DNA from: a virus
Lineage: Duplodnaviria; Caudoviricetes
IMG/VR virus record: IMGVR_UViG_3300025018_000091
Length of the DNA: 64,000 nucleotides
Reading direction: 5' to 3' (one strand)
The notes below the pieces were generated by a model that was given only the letters and a program-made list of their open reading frames with translations, was not told the origin of the DNA and searched no databases. Shown here one piece after another: positions 19,564 to 30,130 of the stretch; the stretch's first letter is position 1, and each line of letters opens with the position of its first letter. A program made the translations under genes and the position numbers.

Positions 19564-21779
19564 TAGCTACCATCCCTACCATTACCGCCATCTCTCGATG
19601 CATCCCCCTCATCTCTTCTTGGTTGACCAGTTTCATCACCAACAGAAACAGATCCAAGTCCAGCTGAAGCATAGATAAATTGATAATCTAGCTCTTGTAA
19701 TGTATGCGTTGGTGGTAAGTTAATATCACTCGGAATATCATTGGTACAGAAGATATTATCGTCAAAAGAAATCATTAACTTACCTTTACCAGGTGTTTTG
19801 CTTGTAATGTCAGCAGTAAATACTTGATAGCCATCATAATTAAAACTAGTAATCTTACCAAAAGTAGAATGTGGTTTTATCTTTAAAGCAATATCAGATG
19901 CAACTTCTGGCGTTAATCCAGAAGTTATTGGATATCCATTTCTTTCATTAAGATTTACTGTAACCTTAATTGGCTTTGTTGTAAACTGTTTTTGTGGTTC
20001 CAAAGTAAAATTACTTTGGCAAGGATCAAACCCTAATCCAACCATAGTTCCAAGAGTTTTGTTTGTATCATCTTTTAATTTTTGAAGACATGTTAAACTC
20101 GTTGCTTGGAATTCTGCAACACCAAGAACTGTAAAGTTACTTCTTAATGCAGATACCGCCGTTAATAAACATTCTTGAGCTTTATTTGGATTAGGAAATC
20201 CATTTTCTTCTTTCAATGCATCATTTAATATCGCTAATTTAAGCCCAGCATCACCAGCAATAACATTAGATATAAATTCTCTATCTACTGCTAATTCAGG
20301 CAAACAACCAAGGGTTACTAAATCCTTAGCAATTAATACAGATCTATTTGGTTTAAATGTATATTCAACATTAGAGTATAGATAACCGTCTGTTGGCTGT
20401 GGGTTAGGAGAAATTAATGTAAGCTCTTGAGGCATATGTAAGAAATTACCTAGTGTAGCTTGAATTGTTCCAGGTGTTATTCCATCAGGAAGATATACTT
20501 TCAAAATGGTATTACCATCATCTTCATATCCCTCACCTCTAACTAATTTCATTACACCATTTGTAATTGTAGAACTATCATTTTTATAATCTAATAGATT
20601 TCTAGTTGGAGCCATAACAACAATACAGTCTTTAAATCTAATGTAACGAGCAGCTCCTGCGCTCTCTCCATAACGTCCCCAATTTGCAGGTTCATAAAAT
20701 AATCTTAAGTCTACTGTATAGGCAGCTTGTTTAGGAGATGTTGTATCATTATATGATGAGTCTGTTGGGAAAAACACTGGTTTAGGAGTATTAATAACCT
20801 TACCATCAGAGTTTACTGTTGGAATATCATAACCATCTACTATATTAATAAACGCCTGAGCAATAGATTGATCTGGATCATATATTTGCCAGCTTTCTGT
20901 TCTATAATCAACGGTAAAGAATGGGTTTGGACCAGGTAATGCCAAAGATGTTTGTATACTTAATTGATTATAATATTGTAATTTACCAGTAATTCTAGTA
21001 TAATCATTCTTAACAATGACTGGACATACATCTGGAGTACAACAACCATCTTCATCTGTTGAATCAGTATCATCACAAGGAGGAATTGCAAAAACAAGAC
21101 TTAGCATATCTCTAAAAATATCGATTATAATATTAAATATAGCTAATAGAACAAACAGGTTTTGGAAGATACAAAGTAATGCTCCAAGTTTTTTAGCAAT
21201 CGCCAATATAGAATTCTCATCCACTCTAGTAGCAGCTTTATATAAAGCTTTAAGATTTCTCAAAATCATCTTAATAAGCTTTATAATCTGTTGAATAATA
21301 TACTCAATCAAAGCTAAAAGCAATAACAATAACGATATGATCATAATAATTAAAGCAAATAACGGAAATAGATTTAGGAAATCTGGAAGACAATTTCTAA
21401 ATAATCTTTTTAATGCTCTAGTCAATTTAAAAGGATTCTTAATTGCACATAACACTTCAATAATACATAAAAGTAATTTCAATATTGGTAAGAAAAACTT
21501 ATACATCATTAAATAAGGCATAAATTGATCTAGCAATTTCATTATGGCATCAAAGATATCTTTACCAAAATTTGGATTCAATGATGGTTTAAGAGCACCT
21601 GGTGGAATAAGCATTTGAAGCTTATTTAATAAATCCAACAAATCTTCTGGAAATCCTTCAGGAAAAGGATTAATATTGGGAAGTTTTAAAGAAAAGGGTG
21701 TCCCAAAACCAGGAATGGACGGACCGCTAGGACCATCTGGGATATCAAAAGATACATCGTTTGGAGAACAAGGACTCAT
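19563..21779 (-). CDS. Tail-associated protein with long hydrophobic helical region and C-terminal Ig-like (Big_1-like) domain
   Basis: 738 aa; 'LFPLFALIIMIISLLLLLLALIEYII' and further hydrophobic/amphipathic helices; C-terminal 'IKVTVNLNERNGYPI...FTADITSKTPGKGKLMISF'. Confidence 0.5.
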   Translation of the reverse strand: MSPCSPNDVSFDIPDGPSGPSIPGFGTPFSLKLPNINPFPEGFPEDLLDLLNKLQMLIPPGALKPSLNPNFGKDIFDAIMKLLDQFMPYLMMYKFFLPILKLLLCIIEVLCAIKNPFKLTRALKRLFRNCLPDFLNLFPLFALIIMIISLLLLLLALIEYIIQQIIKLIKMILRNLKALYKAATRVDENSILAIAKKLGALLCIFQNLFVLLAIFNIIIDIFRDMLSLVFAIPPCDDTDSTDEDGCCTPDVCPVIVKNDYTRITGKLQYYNQLSIQTSLALPGPNPFFTVDYRTESWQIYDPDQSIAQAFINIVDGYDIPTVNSDGKVINTPKPVFFPTDSSYNDTTSPKQAAYTVDLRLFYEPANWGRYGESAGAARYIRFKDCIVVMAPTRNLLDYKNDSSTITNGVMKLVRGEGYEDDGNTILKVYLPDGITPGTIQATLGNFLHMPQELTLISPNPQPTDGYLYSNVEYTFKPNRSVLIAKDLVTLGCLPELAVDREFISNVIAGDAGLKLAILNDALKEENGFPNPNKAQECLLTAVSALRSNFTVLGVAEFQATSLTCLQKLKDDTNKTLGTMVGLGFDPCQSNFTLEPQKQFTTKPIKVTVNLNERNGYPITSGLTPEVASDIALKIKPHSTFGKITSFNYDGYQVFTADITSKTPGKGKLMISFDDNIFCTNDIPSDINLPPTHTLQELDYQFIYASAGLGSVSVGDETGQPRRDEGDASRDGGNGRDGS

Positions 21780-21800
21780 ATTAACCTATTATATATCAGA

Positions 21801-22160
21801 TCATTCAGTTTCGCCAGGAAGCTTAGGTTCTAAGGGACCTTTTACCACCTCACCAACTTCTAAAGTATTTTCAATTTCATCAATTGTTTTAGTCATCCAT
21901 GATGCTACAGCTGTATCAACCTTTAAAGCATCAACACTATCTAAACCATAGAAACCTATCAATTTTGTAGCTATTTTCCATAAATCTCTATGGATATCTT
22001 CTTGAAGACTGGAATAAGTTTGTCCCTCTTGTTTATTATTTGACATTGAGCCAATAGCTTCAGTAATAGCATCTGCTAATTTAACCATTCCTTGATCTCT
22101 TGCTTCTTCGGCTTGAAGAAGCAATTTGTTATAAATAATTGGATCTAATTTGCTCATCAT
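21801..22160 (-). CDS. Hypothetical protein
   Basis: 119-aa helical ORF tightly packed in the operon, with an SD (AAGGAGA). Confidence 0.55.
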   Translation of the reverse strand: MMSKLDPIIYNKLLLQAEEARDQGMVKLADAITEAIGSMSNNKQEGQTYSSLQEDIHRDLWKIATKLIGFYGLDSVDALKVDTAVASWMTKTIDEIENTLEVGEVVKGPLEPKLPGETE

Positions 22161-22166
22161 GTCTCC

Positions 22167-24257
22167 TTATATTGATCCGCCAGTTTCCTTTTGAACGAGT
22201 CTATTTTGAAGAAACAAACTCTCTGCTTCAATTGAAATATCAGCATCACTTGATAATCTCATGCCTTGTGATGCATGCATTCTAATAAATGCTGGTGTTA
22301 AAATTTGTACACCAGTTTTATCTATTCTAATCATTGTGGCTTGTAATCCATCATGCAACACTCTAATATCTATTACTGCGCCTCTGTAACTATTTGTAGG
22401 TGAATTTGGACCATTAAATCTACTGTCTGAAGATACTCCAATACCACCAATTTGAACATAAACATCACCATCCATATTCATAGCTAAACTTCTGTTTTTA
22501 AGGTCTCTACCTACATTAGCAACTATACCTCCAGCAGTATCAAGCCATAATGATTGCCTATCTATAGTATTTGCTCCAATATTAAATTCTAAAGAACCAT
22601 CCAGGTTTATTGAACCACTACGACCACCAGCGTTTGCATCATCTCCACTAATTTTAATAGTATCACTAACAATATGATTCAAGTCAGGTCCAGTTTCTAA
22701 ATTATTTTGAAAAGTAATATCGGCAGTATCAATTGTACTTAATGGTAAATCATCATTTTGATATTGAAGAAAACCTACTTCTGAAAGAGAATAACAAGTA
22801 TTTAAAATATCATGATATGCTGTTCCATGTTTTACTGGCTTTTCTGTTATACGATCTGTTGGTGTTGCAATTGCGTCTCCATTCATTATTGTAATAGACC
22901 CTCTATTTTTACTATCTAAAGGAATAGGGTCTTTAGAAGACCTCCATGACATAATTGATTGTTGAGCTGCAAATGAATCTAAAAAGATATCTAAATTATC
23001 TTCCCTATATTCTAATGCGTCTGGATTATCAGTGCCAAATGTAGAATAGTTCTCATATCTTGTCAGTAATGGTATGTTTCCCTTTTCACTTGATGCAGGA
23101 ACATTAATCTTAAACTGACCTTCTTTATCAATATCTATAAAAAAACGACTTCTATTTCTTGCATAATCAGCATTGGAGTTAATATCTAATAAAGCTAATA
23201 TTCCCGTATTTGCATCATTTATATTTCCAGAAAGATCCTTACGTGCATTTAATTCAAAATGATATGCGATGCTTTTTCTTTCAAGCTCTCTAATATTTAA
23301 AAATGACTGAACCTTATCCGTACTTTGCTTAGTATTTATAGTATTTTGTTCTTTACCAATAGGTAATGGAACTCTATTTAAATCTAAGATATTGCCAAAA
23401 ATATCAACAACAGTTCCCTTTACAGTTTCTATTAAATAGTTTGGAGAAGCAAGAGTTAAACTTAATGTATCTGAACGAGAGGTTCTACGATTAATAAAAT
23501 TATGAGATGTTGGAGACGGATCTTTATCACTATATAAAGATGATTCATATAAGTCATCTGCTATATCTGAATAATATTGAAATTCATAAATCATCTCTCG
23601 ATGTTCTACAAAAGGAGGATTTTTTGCAGAACCAGATGAAATATTAGGTGATGTAGACGGATCCATTCCAATCACAAATAATTGAGAATGATAAAGATCA
23701 TCTTCTAATTTTAATGATTGTGAGACTATATCATTTATTTGCATATCACGTCTAACTAAACCATTAATTTGCCTTGTAGCTTGCGTAAAATGATATTCGT
23801 CTTGAAAATTAACACTATATAAGCTATTATCAGTATTTAAATGTATTCTGCTTTTATCTGATCCAATAACAATATTTTCTTTGTTATCTAACGTTATTTT
23901 GGTAACACCATAATTACTTGTGATTAATAATTTACCCCAATCTAAATCAGGAACATATCTATCAACATTTTCTGCTAAAAATGATACGAAATACCATTTA
24001 TTACCACTTCCCTGAGCAATAATTACTGGTGTTTCTGGATCTGGAAATGTACCCATAAACAAACCATTATTATAGAACATACTATGAGGGCATTGTACAG
24101 ATACAGTAGGATTATTACTCATAGCTGGAGAAATATGTAATTCAACCTCCATATCTCCAGTTTTTTCATTATATCCTTTAATAGTTCCTCTTTTTAATAA
24201 GCCCACTGACTCATCAAATAAGTTTGTACTATTATCATCTCTATACATTGTTGGCAT
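22167..24257 (-). CDS. Baseplate central spike (gp5/gpV/VgrG-like)
   Basis: N-terminal OB-fold-like 'LKRGTIKGYNEKTGDMEVEL...P..ETPVIIAQG' and C-terminal beta-strand repeats 'IRMHASQGMRLSSDADISIEAESL'; directly downstream of the hub gene. Confidence 0.7.
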   Translation of the reverse strand: MPTMYRDDNSTNLFDESVGLLKRGTIKGYNEKTGDMEVELHISPAMSNNPTVSVQCPHSMFYNNGLFMGTFPDPETPVIIAQGSGNKWYFVSFLAENVDRYVPDLDWGKLLITSNYGVTKITLDNKENIVIGSDKSRIHLNTDNSLYSVNFQDEYHFTQATRQINGLVRRDMQINDIVSQSLKLEDDLYHSQLFVIGMDPSTSPNISSGSAKNPPFVEHREMIYEFQYYSDIADDLYESSLYSDKDPSPTSHNFINRRTSRSDTLSLTLASPNYLIETVKGTVVDIFGNILDLNRVPLPIGKEQNTINTKQSTDKVQSFLNIRELERKSIAYHFELNARKDLSGNINDANTGILALLDINSNADYARNRSRFFIDIDKEGQFKINVPASSEKGNIPLLTRYENYSTFGTDNPDALEYREDNLDIFLDSFAAQQSIMSWRSSKDPIPLDSKNRGSITIMNGDAIATPTDRITEKPVKHGTAYHDILNTCYSLSEVGFLQYQNDDLPLSTIDTADITFQNNLETGPDLNHIVSDTIKISGDDANAGGRSGSINLDGSLEFNIGANTIDRQSLWLDTAGGIVANVGRDLKNRSLAMNMDGDVYVQIGGIGVSSDSRFNGPNSPTNSYRGAVIDIRVLHDGLQATMIRIDKTGVQILTPAFIRMHASQGMRLSSDADISIEAESLFLQNRLVQKETGGSI

Positions 24258-24258
24258 A

Positions 24259-27200
24259 TTAGGATCCAGTCTGCGGTACGTCTTCGTATACTAACCAGCA
24301 ATCTACTATGGTGGTAAAAAGAGCAACTCTTAATTGATCCTTTTTTTGCTTATTAGTGCTTTGATTTGCCGATGGAGGTAGATGTGAAAGATATTCTTGA
24401 TGATCAGGAGAGCTTTGTGTTGCCACAATATCTCGTGCAGCATTTATTGCTGCTTGAGATGGTGAGTGCGGATCATCTTCATTACTCATATCTATGATTT
24501 TATATGTCAAAGCGTTTGGGTTTTTTATCCAAGGAACTGTGGCATTTACATTTTCATTATTTCCATAGGATATTTTAGGTCCCCAATCATTCTCTCCTCT
24601 TAAAGTTTTCATGATTGTATCTATAAACATAGCTAAATTAGCATCAAAAAAGTGATCTTTGTCACAATACATACGAAGTTCAACTCTAGTTATTTTCTTC
24701 TCTGTACTAGAATCATTTTTATTTACAAATTGTTGAACAGAATACAATATATTGTTAATTGTTCGTAAATTTTGCTCATCATATTTAGTAGATGTAGCTT
24801 CGGATGTAGAACCCTCATTATTTATAGCTAATCTACTATTTTGATCAAGCATAACAATTCCCAATGGAGTTTCATTTAATGAGCTGGTTTGCCTATTGAT
24901 TATAATATTTGCCAAGTCTCTATTATTATAAAGCATTTTACCCATCATATCAAGAGTAGTTGGAATATATTCGCCTGGAGCGTGTCCATATGTAAGCTCT
25001 AAAGATGTAGTAAATGAACTTCCAAAAGTAAAATTATGTCTAACAGATTGAACATAATATAATAAGCCTCTATCTTCAATAAATACAACTTCTCCAGGTT
25101 GCATATATTCATTTCCAGATATAGTGACGTTCCCTCGTAAAATTTCTTTACGAGCACGACTCAAAATCATACTTGCAAAAGGAGCGCATTGACGATTAGG
25201 ATCTTGTAAAAATGGCACGTTAATAGGAGATTGATTTCTAAAACCATAATTACGCCATGTATCATAATCAACTGCTTGAGCAGTTGTCATAGCATTACCT
25301 CCACTAGGAAAACTATTTAATCCTTGTGGTAAACCATTAGGAGCATATGGGTTTAATGTTCCTTGAACCTCTACAATTGTATAGGGTGGTGGAGTTTCCG
25401 TAAAAGATGAACTCTGTATCTGACTTCTTTTAATAACATATCTTTTACCCGAACCAGGTCCTAAATCATCATAAGATTCATCTTCAATCATATGTTCAAA
25501 AATCTCTGGTATATTTGAGTTATTAAAATTACCAGCAGTAAATAACCTATTACTGGTACTATTATTACCATCATCTAAAGAGCGGGATTCACCATAATTT
25601 TTGATTAATGAATAAAATAATTTAACTGCCTTTTGTCTTTCTGCAATTCTTTCAGATAAATCATTAAATATCTTAAAGGTATCTATTGTATAAGCTTCAG
25701 ATTGTACCACACCAGATATTACAACAGGTCTAGTATCAATATAATCTGTTAATTTAATTTTCATTCCAGATTTATCAGATATTCTTTCGGCTAAATCTTG
25801 TGCAACAGTGTTCTCTAATACTTTATCAGTTTCATTGATACTGTATCCTGCTGCTGCTAATTTTTTACCAGACAATACTTCTAATAAAGCTTTTGTTCTA
25901 CCAGCAGTATTAAAAACATTTCTCTGTAAAGCTGCTTGAGAAGTAATGTTATTATATACTTCTAATGTACCATCTGCTCCAATTAAATCAGGATTAGCGT
26001 TTTTTACAATTTCATCTATATCTACAATAACTCCATCATCATTAGATATGAATGTAAAAAATCCATTATTACCTTTTTTAGAATCTACAGAATAATTACC
26101 AATAAACATATAAATATCAAAATCTGTATTATAACCCAATACAGCACAATTAAGTCTAATATAGTCTTCGATAATCTCAATTTGTAATTTAAGAGTTTCT
26201 AATTGATTTTTAAATAAATCATTTAGGAAGTCTGGGAACACCTGTATGCCCATAGTGTCCTTCATGTACATCATTCTATAAAATACCGAGCTGGGCACCC
26301 TATTATATTGCGGAGACCTTATTCTAACATGTCCTTGTGTATCACAAAATACTTCTAAATTTAATAAAGATGCAGTAGACCTAATATTTTCTTTAACACT
26401 AACATATGAGTTGCTAAACAATTTAATGTTATTTAACTCTTTATTATAAGCCATTATATCATAATCTTTATCATACTGATCATCAACTATAAATAGATTC
26501 TTATCATCATTAGCTCTAACATTATATGACATTCTTCTAGTTAAGTGATTTAGTTGTCTACGCAACTTTTTTCTATACATATTTTTTGTAGCAACCTGTT
26601 TAGAATCATCAGAAAAATCAGGGTTATCTGGCATATCAAATTCAACATAGTTTCCCTGAATTGAATATTCCTTTTCAGTCTTTTTAATTTGTTCTTTAAC
26701 AAGCGTATTAATTTCTTTTTCTATTTTTTGTGCTTCTGATTTCAATGACTTATATGTACTGGAATCTACTTTAATCATAATTTCAGCAGTTCCTTCTTTA
26801 AGAATATCAGCAACACCATATATCTTCAATCTATCATAGATTTCTTGTAACTTCTTTAGTTTGTCATTTATTTGATTATTTTGATTTTCAATATCAAATT
26901 GACCTTGTAGTTTTTTAGCATATTCTGATTCATTAACAGATAAACTTTTAAATGGAATAAAGTTACCCCATAGTAAGTTATTCTTAGATAATGAGGTTCT
27001 TATAGATTCATAAAATGTAGATGCTGCATTTTTATTGGCATTAGGATCCCCAGTATAATTAGGTGCTCCAATAGCTTTCCAATAAGTAGCGAAATTATAT
27101 GGTACGCCAGTAATTAATAATGAAATAACATTCATTATATCTTGTCCAGCAAATGGATCCTTAGAGATATTAGGCGCCCCAACCTTATTAGGACCGTTTA

Positions 27201-29229
27201 ATTCAGAAGAACTACCATATTGTACTTGAACACCAATACCTTCTTTCCATCTATAAACAAGACCATCTGTAGCATAAAATGTTCTGGTTAATAATCCAGA
27301 AAGAGGATCTACACTTTTATCCTGTATAACAGATTTTTCAGTTATCGGCAATCCTACACTTGGTCCACTTTTATGCTTTGCTATAGGAGATCCTTTATCT
27401 GTAGGATCTCCAGATAGAAGCCACTTATTTTCTTCTAATAACTCTGGATTTTCACTTTTAGCATTTGATGTAATTGTATCAAAATTAGTTTTAAATGGTG
27501 TAAGTGGATCAAAAATCGCTCCATTAAATACATCAACACCAGGATTAAAATTAACTTTTCCTAAATCAAAATATTTAGAATTATCGCTGCAATTAACATC
27601 TATAGTATATTGACCTTCTTGCCAATTATCAGTAGCATTATCTATAATACCAGCAAATATGTGAACGCCTTCTTTTTCATTTATAAATTGAGAACGAACC
27701 ATATTCCATAACCAAGTTGGAAATTCTCTTCCTACATATATTGATTTTTCTATTTGGCTGTCTATACTACCACCCTGATCACTAAACATAGATCCAACAT
27801 CTGCAAATGCGTTTTGTAAATCTGTAAATGATTGAGCTACTTTTTGCAAAACACCGCCACCATTAAACATATTTGTTAAACCACCCAATAAATGATTATC
27901 AAATTTACTTTTAGATGACACATAAACATGCGCAATATCCATGGGTTGAATTAATAGCTTTCCTAAAAAGTTAAAACGTAATTTTCTTCTTGTATAATTA
28001 GTTTTCTCATTCGTAGTTTGAAAAGCGTTATCAGAATTTGCTATTAATGTTAATCTATCGAATATAGTTTTAATTAATCTACCAAATATAGTCAATTCAG
28101 ATTCAGGAACAGCCATTCTAATTCCATTTTCTGATTTTTCTTTTTGTTCATTTAATCCATCTACGCCAGCTATAGTAAATACTGACCCAGAACCATTATA
28201 TATGTATTCCTGCGGCACTTCTACACCAGAATTACCTTTAAGCCCAAAACTCAACAAGGATCCAATAGAATCATATGTAAATGGAATTTCAATCCCTTGT
28301 CTATCTATAATTGCTCTAACACGCTTACTTAACAATGTGTCTGGATTAATTTTAAATGTTATTGGACTAGCACCTCTAATAGATCTTAAATTATTAAGCC
28401 TTGTTTGTAATTCACCAATTAAAATTGATGTACTTTCTTTTCCTAATTGATAAGTTTTGCTATTATAAAATACATTTGTCGCATCAGCAATTGCTTTTTC
28501 AATATCATATTCGGTAATAAGCATAGCTTCATAAGGATCCATTATAGTAAATCTACATGAACCTGGACTAGACATATCTGTTGATACACTACTGCTAATA
28601 TTAGTAAAATTTGTAATTTCTAATACTCCAGTTCCTTCAGCATATTGTGATTTTAATAAGTTAGTGCTATCAACAATCCAGTTAGTATATGGACTGGTAA
28701 TATTGTATCCATATATTCTTTTTAATCTATCTGATACTTTAATCAGACTATCTGTTTCGCCAGTTGAATTAAATTCATTACCTTCATAATCATCTTTTAA
28801 TGATTCTGCAACGCTAAGAATTAATGGAATCATATAGTTATCAACTTGACCAACTATAGAAGTAATCTTTTGTATTTTTGCTAGAGTTTCCAGTTTAGCA
28901 ATTTGATTACATTTATTTTGAAATAATACCTTTATCGTACGATAATATAATTTTTCATCAGCATCCATAAAATCAGGTCTGAAATTTTCTGCTATTGATG
29001 AAAACATTCTTTTTTTAATTAGAACGGTTGCATCTGGTTGCTGTGTTAAAATCTCAAACTGTTTTGGAGTAGTATTATAAGGGTCCTTACGTAGATAGCC
29101 CTCTTCTACATATCTGCGCTCAGCAGATTGATCATATTTAAAATCACCCAAATCTAATGTACGGTTAGTATTTTCTCCCAATGAAAATTGGGAGTTCAAC
29201 TGATCTGTTAATGCGCCTAAAAATCCCAT
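24259..29229 (-). CDS. Baseplate hub protein (gp27/gpD-like) with large insertions
   Basis: Hub hallmarks: 'SSSVS...SPGSCRFTI', 'HIFAGIIDNATD...YTIDVNC', 'LNLEVFCDTQGHVRIR', 'GNVTISGNEYMQPGEVV...YYVQSVRHNF...FTTSLELTYG'. Confidence 0.8.
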   Translation of the reverse strand: MGFLGALTDQLNSQFSLGENTNRTLDLGDFKYDQSAERRYVEEGYLRKDPYNTTPKQFEILTQQPDATVLIKKRMFSSIAENFRPDFMDADEKLYYRTIKVLFQNKCNQIAKLETLAKIQKITSIVGQVDNYMIPLILSVAESLKDDYEGNEFNSTGETDSLIKVSDRLKRIYGYNITSPYTNWIVDSTNLLKSQYAEGTGVLEITNFTNISSSVSTDMSSPGSCRFTIMDPYEAMLITEYDIEKAIADATNVFYNSKTYQLGKESTSILIGELQTRLNNLRSIRGASPITFKINPDTLLSKRVRAIIDRQGIEIPFTYDSIGSLLSFGLKGNSGVEVPQEYIYNGSGSVFTIAGVDGLNEQKEKSENGIRMAVPESELTIFGRLIKTIFDRLTLIANSDNAFQTTNEKTNYTRRKLRFNFLGKLLIQPMDIAHVYVSSKSKFDNHLLGGLTNMFNGGGVLQKVAQSFTDLQNAFADVGSMFSDQGGSIDSQIEKSIYVGREFPTWLWNMVRSQFINEKEGVHIFAGIIDNATDNWQEGQYTIDVNCSDNSKYFDLGKVNFNPGVDVFNGAIFDPLTPFKTNFDTITSNAKSENPELLEENKWLLSGDPTDKGSPIAKHKSGPSVGLPITEKSVIQDKSVDPLSGLLTRTFYATDGLVYRWKEGIGVQVQYGSSSELNGPNKVGAPNISKDPFAGQDIMNVISLLITGVPYNFATYWKAIGAPNYTGDPNANKNAASTFYESIRTSLSKNNLLWGNFIPFKSLSVNESEYAKKLQGQFDIENQNNQINDKLKKLQEIYDRLKIYGVADILKEGTAEIMIKVDSSTYKSLKSEAQKIEKEINTLVKEQIKKTEKEYSIQGNYVEFDMPDNPDFSDDSKQVATKNMYRKKLRRQLNHLTRRMSYNVRANDDKNLFIVDDQYDKDYDIMAYNKELNNIKLFSNSYVSVKENIRSTASLLNLEVFCDTQGHVRIRSPQYNRVPSSVFYRMMYMKDTMGIQVFPDFLNDLFKNQLETLKLQIEIIEDYIRLNCAVLGYNTDFDIYMFIGNYSVDSKKGNNGFFTFISNDDGVIVDIDEIVKNANPDLIGADGTLEVYNNITSQAALQRNVFNTAGRTKALLEVLSGKKLAAAGYSINETDKVLENTVAQDLAERISDKSGMKIKLTDYIDTRPVVISGVVQSEAYTIDTFKIFNDLSERIAERQKAVKLFYSLIKNYGESRSLDDGNNSTSNRLFTAGNFNNSNIPEIFEHMIEDESYDDLGPGSGKRYVIKRSQIQSSSFTETPPPYTIVEVQGTLNPYAPNGLPQGLNSFPSGGNAMTTAQAVDYDTWRNYGFRNQSPINVPFLQDPNRQCAPFASMILSRARKEILRGNVTISGNEYMQPGEVVFIEDRGLLYYVQSVRHNFTFGSSFTTSLELTYGHAPGEYIPTTLDMMGKMLYNNRDLANIIINRQTSSLNETPLGIVMLDQNSRLAINNEGSTSEATSTKYDEQNLRTINNILYSVQQFVNKNDSSTEKKITRVELRMYCDKDHFFDANLAMFIDTIMKTLRGENDWGPKISYGNNENVNATVPWIKNPNALTYKIIDMSNEDDPHSPSQAAINAARDIVATQSSPDHQEYLSHLPPSANQSTNKQKKDQLRVALFTTIVDCWLVYEDVPQTGS

Positions 29230-29230
29230 T

Positions 29231-30121
29231 TTATCCTACAGTAGATATTTTGTTTCCATCATTTGAAAATGGACTATTATACTGGCTAGGTCCATCTTTA
29301 GCACTTCTTGTCCATGGAAAGTAATTCTGTCTATAACCACGTCTTTGAACTGCATTAAATACTAATGTATAATCCAGTAAGAAATTTTCAGCTCGTTCAT
29401 TTATTGACATACTTTCAAAATAACCTTTATACACCCATCCATTATAATACATCTCAACAGAACATGCCAATTCTCCGAGTGAAACGATGTTTTTAGAAGA
29501 CATTGCATTTGCATTTGGAGAATCTGCGCCTAATATTCCACCCAGTAAACCACCGCCTAATGCACTACCAGTTGCTGCACCAGAACTACCAAATAAACCA
29601 CCAACAACCCCACCAACAACCCCACCAACATAATCAACACCAGCCGCTGCTGCATCAGCAGCAGCATTACTTGCTGCTAATGATAATCCAACAGAATCAA
29701 AAGCATATTGTTCGCCACGATAAATTTCATATAACATATTCATACCTTCAATTCCAGAACTTCCTGTTGTTCCTTGAAGATTAATTGTAGTTATATCTTC
29801 TCCCCAATATTGAATCGTGAATCCACCCTTTGTTCTTGATTTATTAATTAATTTCTTATGTTGATAAGTAATCAATTGAGGATTAATATACATTCTTACT
29901 AAACCAAATTCAGGAACAAACCAAGTAATTATATTTCTTTTTATTTGTGTTGGTTTTCCGCTTGGAACTTTTGTATAAGGAAGACCATTTCCATCAGAAG
30001 AAAATGATGATGGGATCATAAATCCATCGCTCTTAAATTGACTTCGTTGTTCCTCTGTAAGAGGATTATTTTCATTTAAGAAGTCTTGAACTGAGTTGGC
30101 GGCATCTCCAAAAAATCCCAT
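29231..30121 (-). CDS. Tail tube initiator / baseplate tube protein (CIS tube-like, gp48/gp54-like)
   Basis: 'MYINPQLITYQHKKLINKSRTKGGFTIQYWGEDITTINLQGTTG' and 'YKGYFESMSINE...LDYTLVF'; lies between tape measure and hub. Confidence 0.7.
   Translation of the reverse strand: MGFFGDAANSVQDFLNENNPLTEEQRSQFKSDGFMIPSSFSSDGNGLPYTKVPSGKPTQIKRNIITWFVPEFGLVRMYINPQLITYQHKKLINKSRTKGGFTIQYWGEDITTINLQGTTGSSGIEGMNMLYEIYRGEQYAFDSVGLSLAASNAAADAAAAGVDYVGGVVGGVVGGLFGSSGAATGSALGGGLLGGILGADSPNANAMSSKNIVSLGELACSVEMYYNGWVYKGYFESMSINERAENFLLDYTLVFNAVQRRGYRQNYFPWTRSAKDGPSQYNSPFSNDGNKISTVG
29598..29630 (-). repeat. 12-bp tandem repeat (about 2.75 x CCACCAACAACC) encoding GGVVGGVVGG
   Basis: Seen directly in the sequence. 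Confidence 0.8.
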
Positions 30122-30130
30122 AACATTTCC

